A stretch of DNA of 63,639 nt, filler included, from Saprolegnia diclina VS20 (GCF_000281045.1; 44 parts of 44 records of this genome joined end to end with filler, not necessarily neighbours in it), one strand, 5' to 3'. Numbered from the whole stretch's first letter, positions 11,834-23,992 are shown. Notes: a model not told the origin generated them from the letters alone. Program-made: numbers and translations.

Positions 11834-12965
11834 ATGTCGCCTACGCCCAAGCCTGCGCCCAAGAACCATCGGTGCGTCGGTGGCTGTGGGAAACGGAAGA
11901 ATGCGAACGAGTTGCTGAAGGGTGTGTGCAAGACATGCCGAAGCAAGGCCAACATGGCGGCAAAAGCTCGAGCTCCAGAGCTCGTCGCACCGCCGCAGCC
12001 CGAGCGTCCGCCACCCGTGCGCTACTGCTTGGGTCTGCCGTCCGATGCTGCGGTGCTTCTCGCGGGCCACGAGCGCTACGGCATGCTACCGAGCGAGTAG
12101 TGCTCTACCCGAATCGCTCAGGGGCACACCGCTCATCCAGCACATTGTATTTCGCTGCTGCTTCCGCATTGTGCGGCAATGGCTCGAAGATGGGCTCCGT
12201 GGCAAGGAAGAGCAACGGGCACTACAACCCGACCAAGACAACGACACGGCGATGCGCGAGGTCCACGGATTTGTCGGCTACGCACTCGCCAACCATATCC
12301 GCCGCTGCAAAAATCGCATCAATCGCATTCCGGACGCCAAGAGGGCCAGCTCTGCCAGCGCCCAGCGCACGACCCGCACGATGAAGGCGCTCATGATGAT
12401 CCGCGTGCTCGCCGACGAGATCGACGGCGACGTCGTCTCATTCACGTCGGAAGCTCTGATGATGCTCAACAAAGGTGGTATGGCATTCGTCCACCGCGAC
12501 TTTTTGCCGTGGGCCCAGCGTCTCATGCTTGTGGTGCGGTCGACCTTCTCGCTCTCGCGCGGGAACGAGTCGCTGGCTGCAACGGCCTCGTCGGTAACAA
12601 GCGACGACGTCCTACCGCGCCTGTTCGACGAAGCGTGGACCAAGGCGTTTGATCTCAACGAGAGCCTCCTCCACGACACGAAGCTGCGTGACAAATTGCA
12701 CAAGGCTCTGCAGCTCTCAGCCATGCATGCGCGCATTGGTGTTGTCGTTCACCGATTTTCGGCCCAGTACCTCGGCCGCCACGTTGACAAGTCGGGCACC
12801 CTCGCGCTGCGCCAGAAGCTCAAGGCGGAGACGGGCAAGGCACCACAGGCATCGCAAGGCAAGCGCAAGGCGCAGGCACTAGTAGCGGTATCGGCACCGG
12901 CCAAGAGTTACCAGATGAAGATGGCAAAGACGATGGACCCTACCGCCAAGCTCAACGCCAAGTAG
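11834..12965 (+). CDS. Hypothetical protein with N-terminal C4 zinc-finger-like motif, possibly transposon-related
   Basis: Exon 11834-12016 (CVGGC...CKTC) and a frame-compatible GTGCGC...CAG intron at 12017-12140. The long exon has VHGFVGYAL...LNKGGMAFV. Confidence 0.6.
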
Positions 12966-13752
12966 ATTAGCCTCGACCTACTAATCGACCGATTATCCTT
13001 CTTAGTGCATGCGTACGTCGGTCTATCGCTCGCAGGGCAACCGTTGATCGCTNNNNNNNNNNNNNNNNNNNNNNNNNNNNNNNNNNNNNNNNNNNNTTAA
13101 TTAATTAANNNNNNNNNNNNNNNNNNNNNNNNNNNNNNNNNNNNNNNNNNNNTGCAGTCGTGGCTGCGGCGGCGTTGCCACCAGAAGTCGCCGCGGACAA
13201 TGCCACCATACCACGCGGTACGTCTGGCGTAATGCGGCCGCATAATATGCTGGCGCGCTCCGAGCTGTGACTGCACTTTTTTGCAAATGATTTTCAAACC
13301 AGATGGCGCTCGTCTCACATGATTTCGGAGCATACAAGGCGCAAGTCAAATCGCGCAACACGTGCGTTTTGGTAGACGTAGCGAACGCATTGCACACGTG
13401 GTTCTAGCCGTGTCTAGGGCTACGATAGGGGTATTACAAACGACTAAGAACTGATTTGCCGCAACACGGCGAGCACGCTCCAAGTTGGTTTCATGCAACA
13501 CGCCCTCGAGTTGTTGCAGCCAGCGTTGATGCCACCGTGTCGTCTTATGGAGTCAACCTTGTGTGTCACCATCAATCTTGATCTTTGCAAATAACTGCGT
13601 CCGTGTATCCAACGATCTCAAACTATCCAACATCAATGTATCCAATCATGCAGCTATCCATTGTTAGCGCTGTCATGCACCGCCTTGGCTACAACCCAAC
13701 TGGTCTTCTCGCGAAAGCGGGTGGGACACGGCGCGTCTGGGACTTGGCCGAT

Positions 13753-14517
13753 CTACTGCCGGTACAAGTGCCCGACAACACCGCGCTCATAGGCGTCATC
13801 ATCGCCGAGCCGCCGACGCCGCCGACGCCGACCGCCACCAACGTACAAGTGCCCGACGACACCTCGCACAGCGACTGAGCTAGTGCCGGGCTTGTAATTA
13901 TCGAAACGGGTGTACGCGCCGAACGTGTCGATGAGGAGGCCGACAAAGTCGTCCCAGCATTTGTAACGCTTCTTGGAGAAGTTGATTTCTTGGCGCAGAT
14001 ACGTCTGCAGGTATTCTGGGCGGACCGCGTTGATGATGTGGTTGCGGGCGGCCTCGGGCTCGACGTCGGGGTAGTCGCGGAAGCCCGACTCGTCGCAGAT
14101 GCGGACGAACTGCTCGATGAGGACGAGAGCACGGGACTCGCCGTTGCGAATCGTCTCGTTGCACCGGAGCTCGCGTCTGACGCGGGCGTTGAAGTCCGGT
14201 ACGTTGGTCCGCACGCGCTCGCAGTCCGTCTTGAAGAACGCGTAGAGCTCGTCATCGGGGATCGCCTCGAGGGCACGGTTGCCTTGCTTCCAGCGGTACC
14301 GGAGCATCGTCCGGAGTGTGGTGTCGTCAATGCAGTGTCGGAGCACCCGCCGTTGGATGGCGGCCTTGCCGTCGAACTGCTTAAAGCGCTCCATGACGGC
14401 GTCTTCGTAACGCAGCCATTCGAGCCAAAAAGCGCGCATCTTCGCGACGTCGGTCGACGCGAGGTACGGCGCCTTGATGTCGTCCGAGGTGACGATCTGC
14501 GTGTACTCGTCCGGCAT
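13753..14517 (-). mobile_element. Ty3/gypsy-type gag-like ORF, truncated
   Basis: APYLASTDVAKMRAFWLEWLRYED...LRHCIDDTTLRTML resembles oomycete gypsy gag N-termini. Coding quality collapses below about 13880. Confidence 0.6.
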
Positions 14518-14901
14518 GACTCGACCGTACTGGCCGGGTCCCTTTGGTGCGGGGATGTTTTCNNNNNNNNNNNNNNNNNNNNNNNNNNNNNNNNNNNNNN
14601 NNNNNNTTAATTAATTAANNNNNNNNNNNNNNNNNNNNNNNNNNNNNNNNNNNNNNNNNNNNAGCTTGGCGGCTTCGGCCCGGATCCAAGCAACGGGTGG
14701 CTTAGAAGAAGCCACCAAACCAGGGCGGTGAAAGATACGTGTGAACACCGAAGCCACCAGCACTCCACTCACTCTACAATACACCATTCACTACGGAGTG
14801 CGGACGGTGGCTTCTACACACCTGGAGCCCTTTCTGTACATTTGCATTTTGCTTTTGCGTTGGTCAAGACCAACATTTCAAGTACCCAAGCGATCCTCAC
14901 G

Positions 14902-16154
14902 ATGTCGCTTTACAAGAACACCAAGGTCGGCAGTAGCCTCGCCGTGGACAACAAGTCGCAAGGACGTGCGCAGCATCTCGCACTGCTGCTCAAGCACGTG
15001 GTCGGCGCATTGGACACGGACGACGAGGACATGTGCGCGAGCCTCCGCGAGGCGTGCGTGCGCATGGTCGACGGCAAAGAAGGTGACACGGTGACGGGCA
15101 AGCGCGAAGATCTCGCGACGTTCCTGAAGATGCTCGACGCTCTCTCCAAGGAGCAGGACGTCGAAGGCTTGGAACGGCCTGCCACCGCGAACCGGCCGTT
15201 CGACCAAGCATGGGCGGACCGGCAACCGCGCCAGCCCAAGATCGACGCGATCTCGAAGGAGGTCAGCAGCGACGACGGCGATGGCAAGGCCAAGAAGAAC
15301 AACGACGGTGTCATGGTTGACAAGGTCAACAAGCTCGTTGACATGCGTCCCTCTGGGATGTCATGAGCCAAGTACCTCTTCGGTACGACCACGGACAAGC
15401 GCGGCGGCAAGGACAAACGCGACGGCGGCAGCGTCCAGTGCCACCGGCACGACAAGGACGACGCTTGCTCGCAGCGCGCCACGGACAAAGCCAACGGCAG
15501 CGTCCGTTCGTCCGCCAACGTCAAGGTCAGGATGGGCGCCTATTCGGTCAAGTCGAAGGGCAATGCCGGGCGCCATGACAACTGTCATCATGACGGTTCC
15601 GACGACGAGCGTGGAAGCACCTCGAGCGGTTCTGAAGGCGAGCGTGGAAGCACCTCGCAAGTCTCGGAAGGCATCGGATCTGATGACGCGTCGTCAGATC
15701 GCAACGATCTTTCTGAATCCAGTCACTTGACCGAGGCGAGGGCCAAGGGAAAGATGACTAAGAAGAAGCGTGCGCGCCACGCCAAGCATCGAGGTGATGA
15801 CTCAGGCAGCAGCGGCACGTCTTCAAGTGACTCGGACAGTCCCGATAAGTGGGATACCGTGTACAATCTCACCAAGCAGGTTGCCAAGGCATCGATGAAG
15901 ATCGAAGCAAAGGTACGTAAGATTGCTCCTTATCTGTTCTATCGGTTGCAGGAAGCTGACGACAAGAACGACTGGGTCCTCGACTCGGGGTGCGGAAGGC
16001 ACATTACGGGCAATAAATCGTACTTTCAAAGTCTAACTATTGATAAAGGTTTTGAGTTTACCTTTGGAAATGGACTTTGTCTCACAAGCACGCATATTGG
16101 CAAAGTTGCCACATTCTTCAAAGGGAAGAATGAAGAAATCAAACGCTTTACATT
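14902..16154 (+). mobile_element. Copia-like gag-protease region with one in-frame stop
   Basis: One reading frame from ATG 14902 to the gap, broken by TGA at 15364-15366. It ends in WVLDSGCGRHITGNKSYF...FTFGNG...IGKV, the copia aspartic protease motif. Confidence 0.78.
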
Positions 16155-16254
16155 NNNNNNNNNNNNNNNNNNNNNNNNNNNNNNNNNNNNNNNNNNNNTT
16201 AATTAATTAANNNNNNNNNNNNNNNNNNNNNNNNNNNNNNNNNNNNNNNNNNNN

Positions 16255-16799
16255 ACATTATTGTCGCGACGTTGTTGAAATGAGTTATCAACATGCAATT
16301 ATATAGTGAAGATGGTGGACTTCCTAATGCGCTCATGAGGTTTGGCCGGTATGTCAAGCTGAGGGCGCTTGGTCGGGGCTCAGGATTGAGCGGGGGAATG
16401 AGGTAGCGGGCACACCAAGGATCGGCGCGTAGGGCGACTCGGCAAGCGAAGACACCACGGCGCGGCGAGCCAAGTGCCGGATATACAATCGCGTGATAGT
16501 AGCGGTGTTGATCGCGAGCGCAGCAGCGGGAAGGGGCGTCAATGTCGTGCAGAACACGCGGTTGTTGCGTTCTGGGTGTTTCGCGCCTGCAAGGAGTCGA
16601 AACGGACTTTTCAAGAGAAGGCGGCTCAGCGAAACCAACGACTGGTGGCCAGAGCCTAGCATTCTAGATTTCGATCTCCGCTAAGCAACCCGCCACGCCT
16701 CACCCGAGGTGCAGCGGTAATGCAGGCCTCGCGCCCTTTTTCCCCCTGAGCGAAGAAGCCATGTGAAAAAGCCAAAGACTGTACAAACCGCAAGCGCGC
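16255..16799 (-). mobile_element. L1/Tx1-like non-LTR retrotransposon ORF2 C-terminus plus 3' flank
   Basis: Homologous to about 55195-55553 (LRACVWYSLWLERNNRVF) and interrupted by a roughly 196-bp insert at 16573-16768. Confidence 0.75.
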
Positions 16800-17170
16800 C
16801 CGCTGCCGAGCCCGACTCTCAAGCCGCCATGGCTGGTTCGCCTGCACAACGCGACGAAGCTGTTGACCCAGATGACCCCGGCCGAAGCCCGCCGTAGCTG
16901 TGCCCCGCCAAGGACAGTCTCCCGACCCGCCATTTGGACGTCGACGATGATTTTTACAAGTCGCCTGCAGCCGTCGCCTCCGCTGCCGAGCTCCGACTAC
17001 CCGACGCCATCTTGCCCAAGTACTAGTACGCCGACTTCGTCTACCAAGTGATGCTTCGCGCGGTCAAGCTCCGCGCTCATTTGCACTGGCTCCCCCCAAG
17101 TGATGCTTCGCGCGGTCAAGCTCCGCGCTCATTTGCACTGGCTCGACAGGGCCGACCAAGCGTGCCCCTT
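16800..17170 (+). mobile_element. Degenerate zf-RVT-proximal segment of an L1-like ORF2, in opposite orientation
   Basis: ILPKY*YADFVYQVMLRAVKLRAHLHWLDRADQACP, with a stop, a frameshift and a 49-bp tandem duplication (17044-17092 and 17096-17144). Confidence 0.6.
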
Positions 17171-17683
17171 TTGATTGATTTGATTTGGATTGAAATCTTT
17201 ATACAGACTAAAGACTCCACCTACTAAGACTTACGTACTAGTTGTGTGTTGAACGTCGGCGGCCAAAAGCTCTTCAACGCGCAGAAGTTCCTCGGCCGGC
17301 AGTAAATCGTGCCGTCCGTCGTCGGGATGCGCGTACGAGGTGCAGTCGTCGGGTGCGAGCTTGGACAAATGATCCGTGGCTTGGTTGAACTCGCGAGGGT
17401 GGTGTTCCCATGTGCACGTAAAACATGCCGCGAGCTCCCGCGCCTGGACATGCAGCTTCTGCAAGCGGGCCTCTTGGACCCGGTAGATGCCCTTCATCTG
17501 CTGCATCAGCAGCATGCTGTCGCCGCGCACCGTGAGGTGCGTCACTGCCAGTCGCTGAGCTAGCTGGAGCGCCGTGATCAGACCGTCGTACTCGGCCTCG
17601 TTGTTCGTTGTCGCGGTATCAAGGTAGTTGGCTTGGTACACCACGCTCTGGGGCGGCTCGGTCAAAAAGACGAGCGAGCCACT
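17171..17683 (-). mobile_element. Retroelement 3' end with archaeal-type RNase HI domain and (AATC)n-like tail
   Basis: TNNEAEYDGLI...VRGDSMLLMQQMKG...HHPREFNQATDHL, stop at 17231, then TATAAAGATTTCAATCCAAATCAAATCAATCAA on the minus strand. Confidence 0.82.
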
Positions 17684-20001
17684 NNNNNNNNNNNNNNNNN
17701 NNNNNNNNNNNNNNNNNNNNNNNNNNNTTAATTAATTAANNNNNNNNNNNNNNNNNNNNNNNNNNNNNNNNNNNNNNNNNNNNGCATCACTTGGTCACGG
17801 GCAGAGGTACACAACCTGGTTACATGCGGCAGCTCCAACGAGCGCGGACGTGATGGGCACATCGGGCGACACTGCTGCAGTTTTTCTCGACACCTGCGGG
17901 GTTGTGCAGCTGACAGCAACCATTTTTGGGTTGGCGCTACACGTATCGGCATCGACCTCTCGGCTCCCACCGGCTACTGCAGCTTCACCGACGTATTCCA
18001 CGTAGTCGGCAACGCGATCACGCGGCTCGTCCATGGCGTATCTCTGAGCAGCATCAGTTCCAGCATAACTCGGCTCACGCTCCCCCTTTGGGTGCTTCAA
18101 TTACAAGTGTGCATCGACGAATGTATCCTCATCGAGCTCGCGTCAAGCACTCACATGCTCGTAACACTGGAACCAAAACGTCGTCAACGAGAAGGCGACC
18201 ATCCATGATCATGATCCGTCACGTTTTCTGGGCCAGCGACCTCGGTCGGAACCTCGAGTTTGGTGTCGTCTCTATGCTCACCGGAAAAAATTGGCGCGCG
18301 CCCATGCGTGTTCACGCTCTCAGCCGATGCGCACCGCGTTTTGTGGAGCGCGGAACTTTGCTTGCGCACGGCCGCTCACCAAGACCAACACAGCTTTCTA
18401 CAGGGCGCTCGCTTATTTTGGCCTCGCGCAGGCTCCAGTTCCCGGCCCGAGCTGACCTCGACGTACTGGGCGCGACCTTTTCGGTGGCGCGCTTCGAGCA
18501 CGTCCCAACGTATGTCTTGGACTACTCCTCCCGGTCATCTACACGCTAAAGATGGCCGCCGCCGCCGTCGGCATCGCCATCATTGACCATTGGCACGGTT
18601 TATTCGACTTGCTGACGTGGAAGAGGAGCCTAGCAAGGCAACGGCGATGCAAGCTGATGTCGACACTTCCATGAGCACCCGCGAACGCTTGGGTGTTGAT
18701 CTCACGACGTGAAAGTGGGGAAAAGAATTGCGGGACCCTTCAGCACCTCAACCGTCAACATCGAGGTGCTGGCCATCAACACCACTGCACTCGCGTGGCA
18801 ACGTGGCGTTCTCTGTGGCATTGTCCAGTGGTGTATGGTATCAACATCGCGTCACTTCGGCGGCGCAAGCAGTGCACTGGCTCCGAGTCTCGAGACGTCT
18901 CAGTCCGGGACGTAGCAACTCGCTCCTAGACACAGCCGCCGCCACAACAAACGTCAACATGAAAGACCCACACGGCTTCGTGGGCAGACACACCGAATAC
19001 AAAACGCCTGCGCTGGATGTACCGAGCACTCGACAAAACGCGCGGCAGCCTTGGCTGTCATCTTTGGTCAGATACGAGCAGCGGTCAGCCTACACGCACG
19101 TCTGGCGCGAATGAACAACCTTCCCCAAGCTCGACGCAGCCCTGCACACCTGCGCAAGTGAGCTCACCCAGCGGCCCATCACAACAACCAAGCGGCGCCG
19201 TTATTTGACGGAGCTTGTCCAGTTCCCGCGTCCACATCTTGAAGCCCTGCGTTGNNNNNNNNNNNNNNNNNNNNNNNNNNNNNNNNNNNNNNNNNNNNTT
19301 AATTAATTAANNNNNNNNNNNNNNNNNNNNNNNNNNNNNNNNNNNNNNNNNNNNGCCCGTTCGCCGCTTCAAGGGTCAACACAAAAGTGACCTTTGGCCA
19401 CTTTGCAAAAGATGTTAAAAAAGTAAAACGGTCGCCAGTACTTCCAAGCGAAGCATGGCATTTCTGCCCTCCAAATACGTAGATGCGATGCGTCGACAGT
19501 CGGCTACAAATAGGCATTTTGCATTTAGCGTTCTCCTCCCAAATGGCTGGCGGTCAATCGAGTTGTCTCTTATCAAACTCGAGCGTCGAACGAGGTGAAG
19601 CGCTTTTGCGATTTTGACTCCCTCGTGGCGATGTATGGGCCCGTGGGACTCTAGCGAAGTATTTAATGAAATCGCCCGTTCCAAAGATTCCCTCTGTTTT
19701 GTACAATTTGTTGAGGTTGGATTTTGATTTTACCGCAGACGGTCCCGAGCAGCTGTGTATAGCCAAGAATTTTATGTGATAACTAACCACTATCAACGCT
19801 AGGCGGTCGAGATATTGAAACTAGGCGGCAGGCGCGTGAGCACACTTGAAAAAGGCTTGGATCAACACCACGGTCTAGTACAGACTAGAGGCGGACGAAT
19901 TAAACACCGTTGTCGTTGCCACCAACCCGTTACGGTTCGCCCACTATATATACGCTGCGCGCTATAAATGCTCAGTGTCCGATATCCTAGAAAAGCCAGC
20001 A

Positions 20002-20778
20002 ATGTCGGTGGTCGTCAAGCCGCGCGGGGCTTCGTACTCCGCCGACCTGGCGCAGTCCAAGCCCGACCCGTACGCGCACCTCTGGGCGAGGGCTCGGAAA
20101 GTCCAAGAGTACCTCGCGATCGCCGTCGGTCTCTGCGTCGTCGGCCTTGTCTGCATCGACTCGGTCGCCAACAACTGGGCCATCAACGACTACATCGGAA
20201 ATGGCTACCAGTTTCTAACCCCGATCGCAGACACCAGCAGCGCCAACGACCTCCTCTCGCAGTACAGCTTTGCGAGTGGAGCGAGCCTCAACGACCTCTC
20301 CAAGGTCGCCAAGCGCATGAACAACTACACCATCACCAACCTCGTCCAGCCCAACAACCCCAACATATATGTGCTCTCGGCCGGCACGTACGCAGTGAAT
20401 GCGGGCATGAACCTCTGCGCGATCTTCCAGCGCACGTACGCCGCAGACTTGAGCGTCGCCAAGCCAAGTTTCGGTGTCGCGGTTGACGCCATCAGCTTTC
20501 TACGCGGCAACGCCTTCACGCACGTCTTCACAGATGACACGACCGTCAACCTCGCCAACGCGTCCATGGGCCACAAGCAGCTCGAGGACATTGGGTACTC
20601 ACCAACACGCATTCAGATCGACTTGCGCCTCTCGGAGCAAGTGCCGCTGCTCAATGTATCATCGCCGCAGAGCTTAATGGTCGGCTACTACCGCATCTAC
20701 TCCAAGGCGTACTGCACGGGGTGTCTTCCGATCGCCGAGCTCGGACACGGTGTCTGCAACATGACCATGGTGTACAAC
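20002..20778 (+). CDS. Oomycete lineage-type transmembrane protein, 5' part
   Basis: Long ORF with strong GC3 bias: an N-terminal TM helix, then DSVANNWAINDYIGNG and a Cys-containing ectodomain (YCTGC...GVCN). Confidence 0.8.
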
Positions 20779-20878
20779 NNNNNNNNNNNNNNNNNNNNNN
20801 NNNNNNNNNNNNNNNNNNNNNNTTAATTAATTAANNNNNNNNNNNNNNNNNNNNNNNNNNNNNNNNNNNNNNNNNNNN

Positions 20879-21442
20879 GATGGTTGTAGCCGACACGCGC
20901 TGGACCCGAGCGGCTTCGTGCAGCGCAGCGACGTGGGCTCTGAGCTCGGTGATCGTATTGTCTCTGGCGGCAAGCGTTGCGTCCTTGGAGGCAACGACGG
21001 TGTGCAGCGCCTTGGTGTTTTCGGCCGCGTGCTCGGTCGTGCGGTGCAGTCGAATCTTCAAGTTATGTACTTGGACCTTGAGGTCGGCGCTGATCTCGGT
21101 TGTAGCGACGCGCTGGACCCGCGCGGCTTCGTGGAGGTCGGCGACGTTGGTCGTGAGGTGGGCAATGGTCGCATCTTGGGTGGCGACTGTCGTCTGCAGC
21201 GCCGTGATGGTCTCGACACTGTTGAGCAACGGACGAAGCTGGGTGTCGAACGCTGCCTTGGCAGCCGTCAAGAGCTTGCGGGCAAAAGGACGGAGGCCGA
21301 GAAGCACGCGGCGCATCCCGAGGGTGCGGACGAGCATGGCCATGAGGAAGCCGGCGGCGAGGTAGCGCTGGGATTTGGCCCTCGAGCGCGGAATGTAGAG
21401 CGCAAGGAAGCCAAGCATCGGGGTGGGCGTCGTCGTCATCAT
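20879..21442 (-). CDS. Divergently oriented near-identical copy of the coiled-coil gene
   Basis: Same ORF with SRA/SSA, VRT/VHT, FARK/FTYK and IAH/IAD differences. Confidence 0.7.
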
Positions 21443-21796
21443 GGTAGAGCAGTGTGCGTTTGAAAATGAGGTCACTTGTAGTTGATGGTAAAAGCAGCAT
21501 CCGAACCCTTTGTACAAACGCCTTTGCGTTGGGAAGCCTGCCTTCACAACTTCGCCACGCCCCATCAAGACGCTACCATAATAGCGCTGGCTATTGCTCG
21601 CCAACATAGTACCGGCGTGGATCCACAAGAAGCGTACAGCACAAAAGAAGAATACGACCGGGCACCATCTTCTCGGAGCTCGCTCACCTACGATAGCCAG
21701 CGCTTCCCAACGCAAAGGCGTTTGTACAAAGGGTTCGGATGCTGCTTTTACCATCAACTACAAGTGACCTCATTTTCAAACGCACACTGCTCTACC

Positions 21797-22360
21797 ATGA
21801 TGACGACGACGCCCACCCCGATGCTTGGCTTCCTTGCGCTCTACATTCCGCGCTCGAGTGCCAAATCCCAGCGCTACCTCGCCGCCGGCTTCCTCATGGC
21901 CATGCTCGTCCACACCCTCGGGATGCGCCGCGTGCTTCTCGGCCTCCGCCCTTTTACCTACAAGCTCTTGACAGCTGCCAAGGCAGCGTTCGACACCCAG
22001 CTTCGTCCGTTGCTCAACAGTGTCGAGACCATCACGGCGCTGCAGACGACAGTCGCCACCCAAGACGCGACCATTGCCGACCTCACGACCAACGTCGCCG
22101 ACCTCCACGAAGCCGCGCGGGTCCAGCGCGTCGCTACAACCGAGATCAGCGCCGACCTCAAGGTCCAAGTACATAACTTGAAGATTCGACTGCACCGCAC
22201 GACCGAGCACGCGGCCGAAAACACCAAGGCGCTGCACACCGTCGTTGCCTCCAAGGACGCAACGCTTGCCGCCAGAGACAATACGATCACCGAGCTCAGA
22301 GCCCACGTCGCTGCGCTGCACGAAGCCGCTCGGGTCCAGCGCGTGTCGGCTACAACCATC
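21797..22360 (+). CDS. Membrane-anchored coiled-coil repeat protein, 5' part
   Basis: Hydrophobic RYLAAGFLMAMLV, then a repeated unit ending LHEAARVQRV. Inr-like CCTCATTTTCAA upstream. Confidence 0.7.
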
Positions 22361-22460
22361 NNNNNNNNNNNNNNNNNNNNNNNNNNNNNNNNNNNNNNNN
22401 NNNNTTAATTAATTAANNNNNNNNNNNNNNNNNNNNNNNNNNNNNNNNNNNNNNNNNNNN

Positions 22461-23260
22461 GTCGCGCATCTTGGCCACAAGCTCGTCCGTGTTGTTGACC
22501 AGCACCAACTGGTTGTTCCTCAACTCGGCCCAACAAACATCGCCCATGTGCTCGGGGTACCGTCGCAACGGCACACACATGGCGGGCGCCACCTTTTCGC
22601 TCACATACATCACCCGTCTCAAGCCCCGTGCAAAATCTGCGAGCTCGTCGCAGTAGCGCGGACACCATTGGCATCGTTCGGACAATCGTTCGCGGGTGAT
22701 CGTCGGCGCCGATAGCGCCGCCAGTCGCGCCGTCAATTGCGGCAACCCAATCGCTGCAAGCATCCGAGCAAAGTCGAAATGCCCAGCGTTCACCGCCTGG
22801 TCGTGGGAGGGCACGATAACGTCCATGATGACCGTGATGGGTGCTTCGTGCGCAGCTTCGAGGGCCTTGGCATACGCCAGCAGCGCCGCCAGACCCGGCG
22901 TGTGATCGAGATTGGCGCAGATCCAGACCGCGCCGCGCGCGTCCGACGTCAGTTTGCAAACGTCGTCCGTGTCGGCGAGTGGGGTCACGACCGTGGCATC
23001 AAACCGGGCCAGGGCCAGTAGCCGTGCGACCTGCGCCGGTGCGAGTTGCAGCGCCGGTATTGCGCCCAGTGGGCCGTCTTCATCGTGTTGCTGACCAACG
23101 CGATGACCAACGCTGCGTCAAGGCTTGTCGTGCCGTGTGTGAGCTGCAGTAGTGCCACGACTCCATTGTCGTCCAGCTTGTTCTCGGACGGCCCGTACCG
23201 TTGGAGTGCAATGCTGATGAACGGCTGGAGCGCAAGCATGCCAAACGATAGCAAGAGCAC
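22461..23260 (-). pseudogene. Hypothetical gene fragment, apparently frameshifted
   Basis: Two abutting coding-like ORFs (22985-23395 and 22413-22988) in different frames. No family recognised. Confidence 0.35.
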
Positions 23261-23437
23261 CAAGGTAACGGGTGGTATGCCAAGCGTAAGGGTGCCTCCG
23301 GGATCGGGACGTTCTTGGGGTCGACAGGTGCATCGTGGAGAGGATGAAGAGTGAGGGATGAGCTTCCTAACACTAAAGACTTTTCGTTGCGCCACAGTGT
23401 GTCAGGAGGTGCTCAAAGGGCGGCCGGATCCACCGCC

Positions 23438-23708
23438 TAGGGGTCACCGTGGCTCGGCTCGAAATCTCAAGCCCGAGCCGACCCAAAGCCAGGAACTTGG
23501 CAACGATAGCGACGTTGTTGTGGACAAGTGCGTTTGGTGGTCAATCATCCGACGGAATGGTTGGAGCCGCGGCTTATCCGTCTTCTATCGGCTCGGCTCG
23601 GCTTGACCCCGGCTCGGAGCTGGCTCGAAACAACGGAGCCTGAGCCGGTCACTTCTCGGCTCAGAACTCGGGTTTTTTTCGAAGGCAGCCTCGACTCCTT
23701 GACTCTCG
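23438..23708. repeat. MITE-like or hAT-subterminal repeat cluster
   Basis: Starts TAGGGGTCAC and has dense GGCTC/GAGCC motifs in both orientations. The same motif cluster occurs at 51874-51975. No TSD found. Confidence 0.45.
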
Positions 23709-23992
23709 AACGCTACTACAGTATGCAGGAAGCAAGATAGGACTCAAGGCGACAAAACTCGACGATCATAAAGCATAACTCGTCTTCATAATGCGACGCT
23801 TACTTGGTGCGGCGTTGGCGCTTGGTTGGCCGAGTGGTCGGGGGTGGCAGCATTGCGTGCATGTCTTTTAGCACCTCGTGGGCCTCCTTGTANNNNNNNN
23901 NNNNNNNNNNNNNNNNNNNNNNNNNNNNNNNNNNNNTTAATTAATTAANNNNNNNNNNNNNNNNNNNNNNNNNNNNNNNNNNNNNNNNNNNN

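Larger units (their letters stand above)
20879..22360. repeat. Inverted duplication with diverged arms (164-nt spacer 21538-21701)
   Basis: Mirrored ends, with about 9 substitutions between arms by eye, several non-synonymous. Confidence 0.96.

Noticed and set aside
13753..17683. One composite retroelement (gag, protease, RNase H) spanning neighbouring contigs
   Set aside because: The pieces are separated by linkers and belong to different classes (gypsy, copia, non-LTR).
17784..19254. Coding potential here and at 25520-26953, 40352-41610, 49942-51201 and 57726-58828
   Set aside because: Only fragmented ORFs with no recognisable motifs. They may be pseudogenes, but I cannot support a call.
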